Origin: Rhodanobacteraceae bacterium
GTDB lineage: Bacteria; Pseudomonadota; Gammaproteobacteria; Xanthomonadales; SZUA-5
DNA: 24,934 nt
Direction of reading: 5' to 3'
Assembly: GCA_043737435.1 (NCBI GenBank)
Contig: JAYTAO010000283.1
Location: 1-24,934, forward strand
The notes beneath the pieces were generated by a model that saw only the letters and a program-made list of their open reading frames with translations, ran no database searches and was not told where the DNA came from. A program made the position numbers and the translations under genes. Position 1 is the stretch's first letter. Each line of letters opens with the position of its first letter. Shown here piece after piece: positions 24,725-24,934 of the stretch.

Positions 24725-24833
24725 TAGCGCGATAGAATTCATTGATGTATCAAAATAATTTATTGTATTAATTTAATTAAACATGAGTCGGAAAGGCCAA
24801 TTAAAGAAAAACAACTATGAAATCATTAGCAGC

Positions 24834-24934
24834 ATGAAAGTCCCACCCGCACTTGAAGAATTAATTCACGATGGCATTATTGACGCCGTTACCCGCCAGC
24901 TCAAAAGTGGTAAAGAAGCGTCAGTATATGTTGT
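24834..24934 (+). CDS. 5' part of a RIO1-like (PA4780-type) protein kinase, truncated by the window edge
   Basis: MKVPPALEELIHDGIIDAVTRQLKSGKEASVYV; the LKSGKEASVY segment is the RIO-type P-loop. An in-frame upstream ATG exists at 24783. Confidence 0.8.
   Translation, partial: MKVPPALEELIHDGIIDAVTRQLKSGKEASVYV

Noticed and set aside
1-24934. tRNA, rRNA, SRP RNA, CRISPR array, IS/integrase or prophage genes
   Set aside because: Intergenic gaps are short and show no such structures or regularly spaced repeats, and no ORF has transposase, integrase or phage motifs.

Overview
A chromosomal, mostly core-genome window with no tRNA, rRNA, CRISPR array or mobile element that I can support. It looks like a Xanthomonadales/Lysobacterales-type gammaproteobacterium with unusually moderate GC; this is inferred from gene order and protein styles, not computed. 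Left: gshB (minus strand) is divergent from a type IV pilus chemosensory cluster pilG-pilH-pilI-pilJ-chpA(pilL)-chpB-chpC, which has no pilK/cheR. ChpA (2587 aa) and ChpB (~717 aa) are swollen by long acidic low-complexity linkers. Middle: a secreted hypothetical protein, then dnaX, then a convergent secreted 14-repeat FG-GAP double beta-propeller protein ending in an LFGDGFEE tail. Right: kynU-kmo translationally coupled to a QEGLA/DUF1704 (MATCAP-like) metallopeptidase, then the first 33 codons of a RIO1-like kinase. The strongest hidden signal is in dnaX: an in-frame G_GGA_AAA slippery heptamer, a 6-nt spacer, a perfect 11-bp hairpin and an immediate -1 frame stop. This is a candidate programmed -1 frameshift giving a 396-aa gamma-like subunit, with a slip site different from the E. 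coli A_AAA_AAG.
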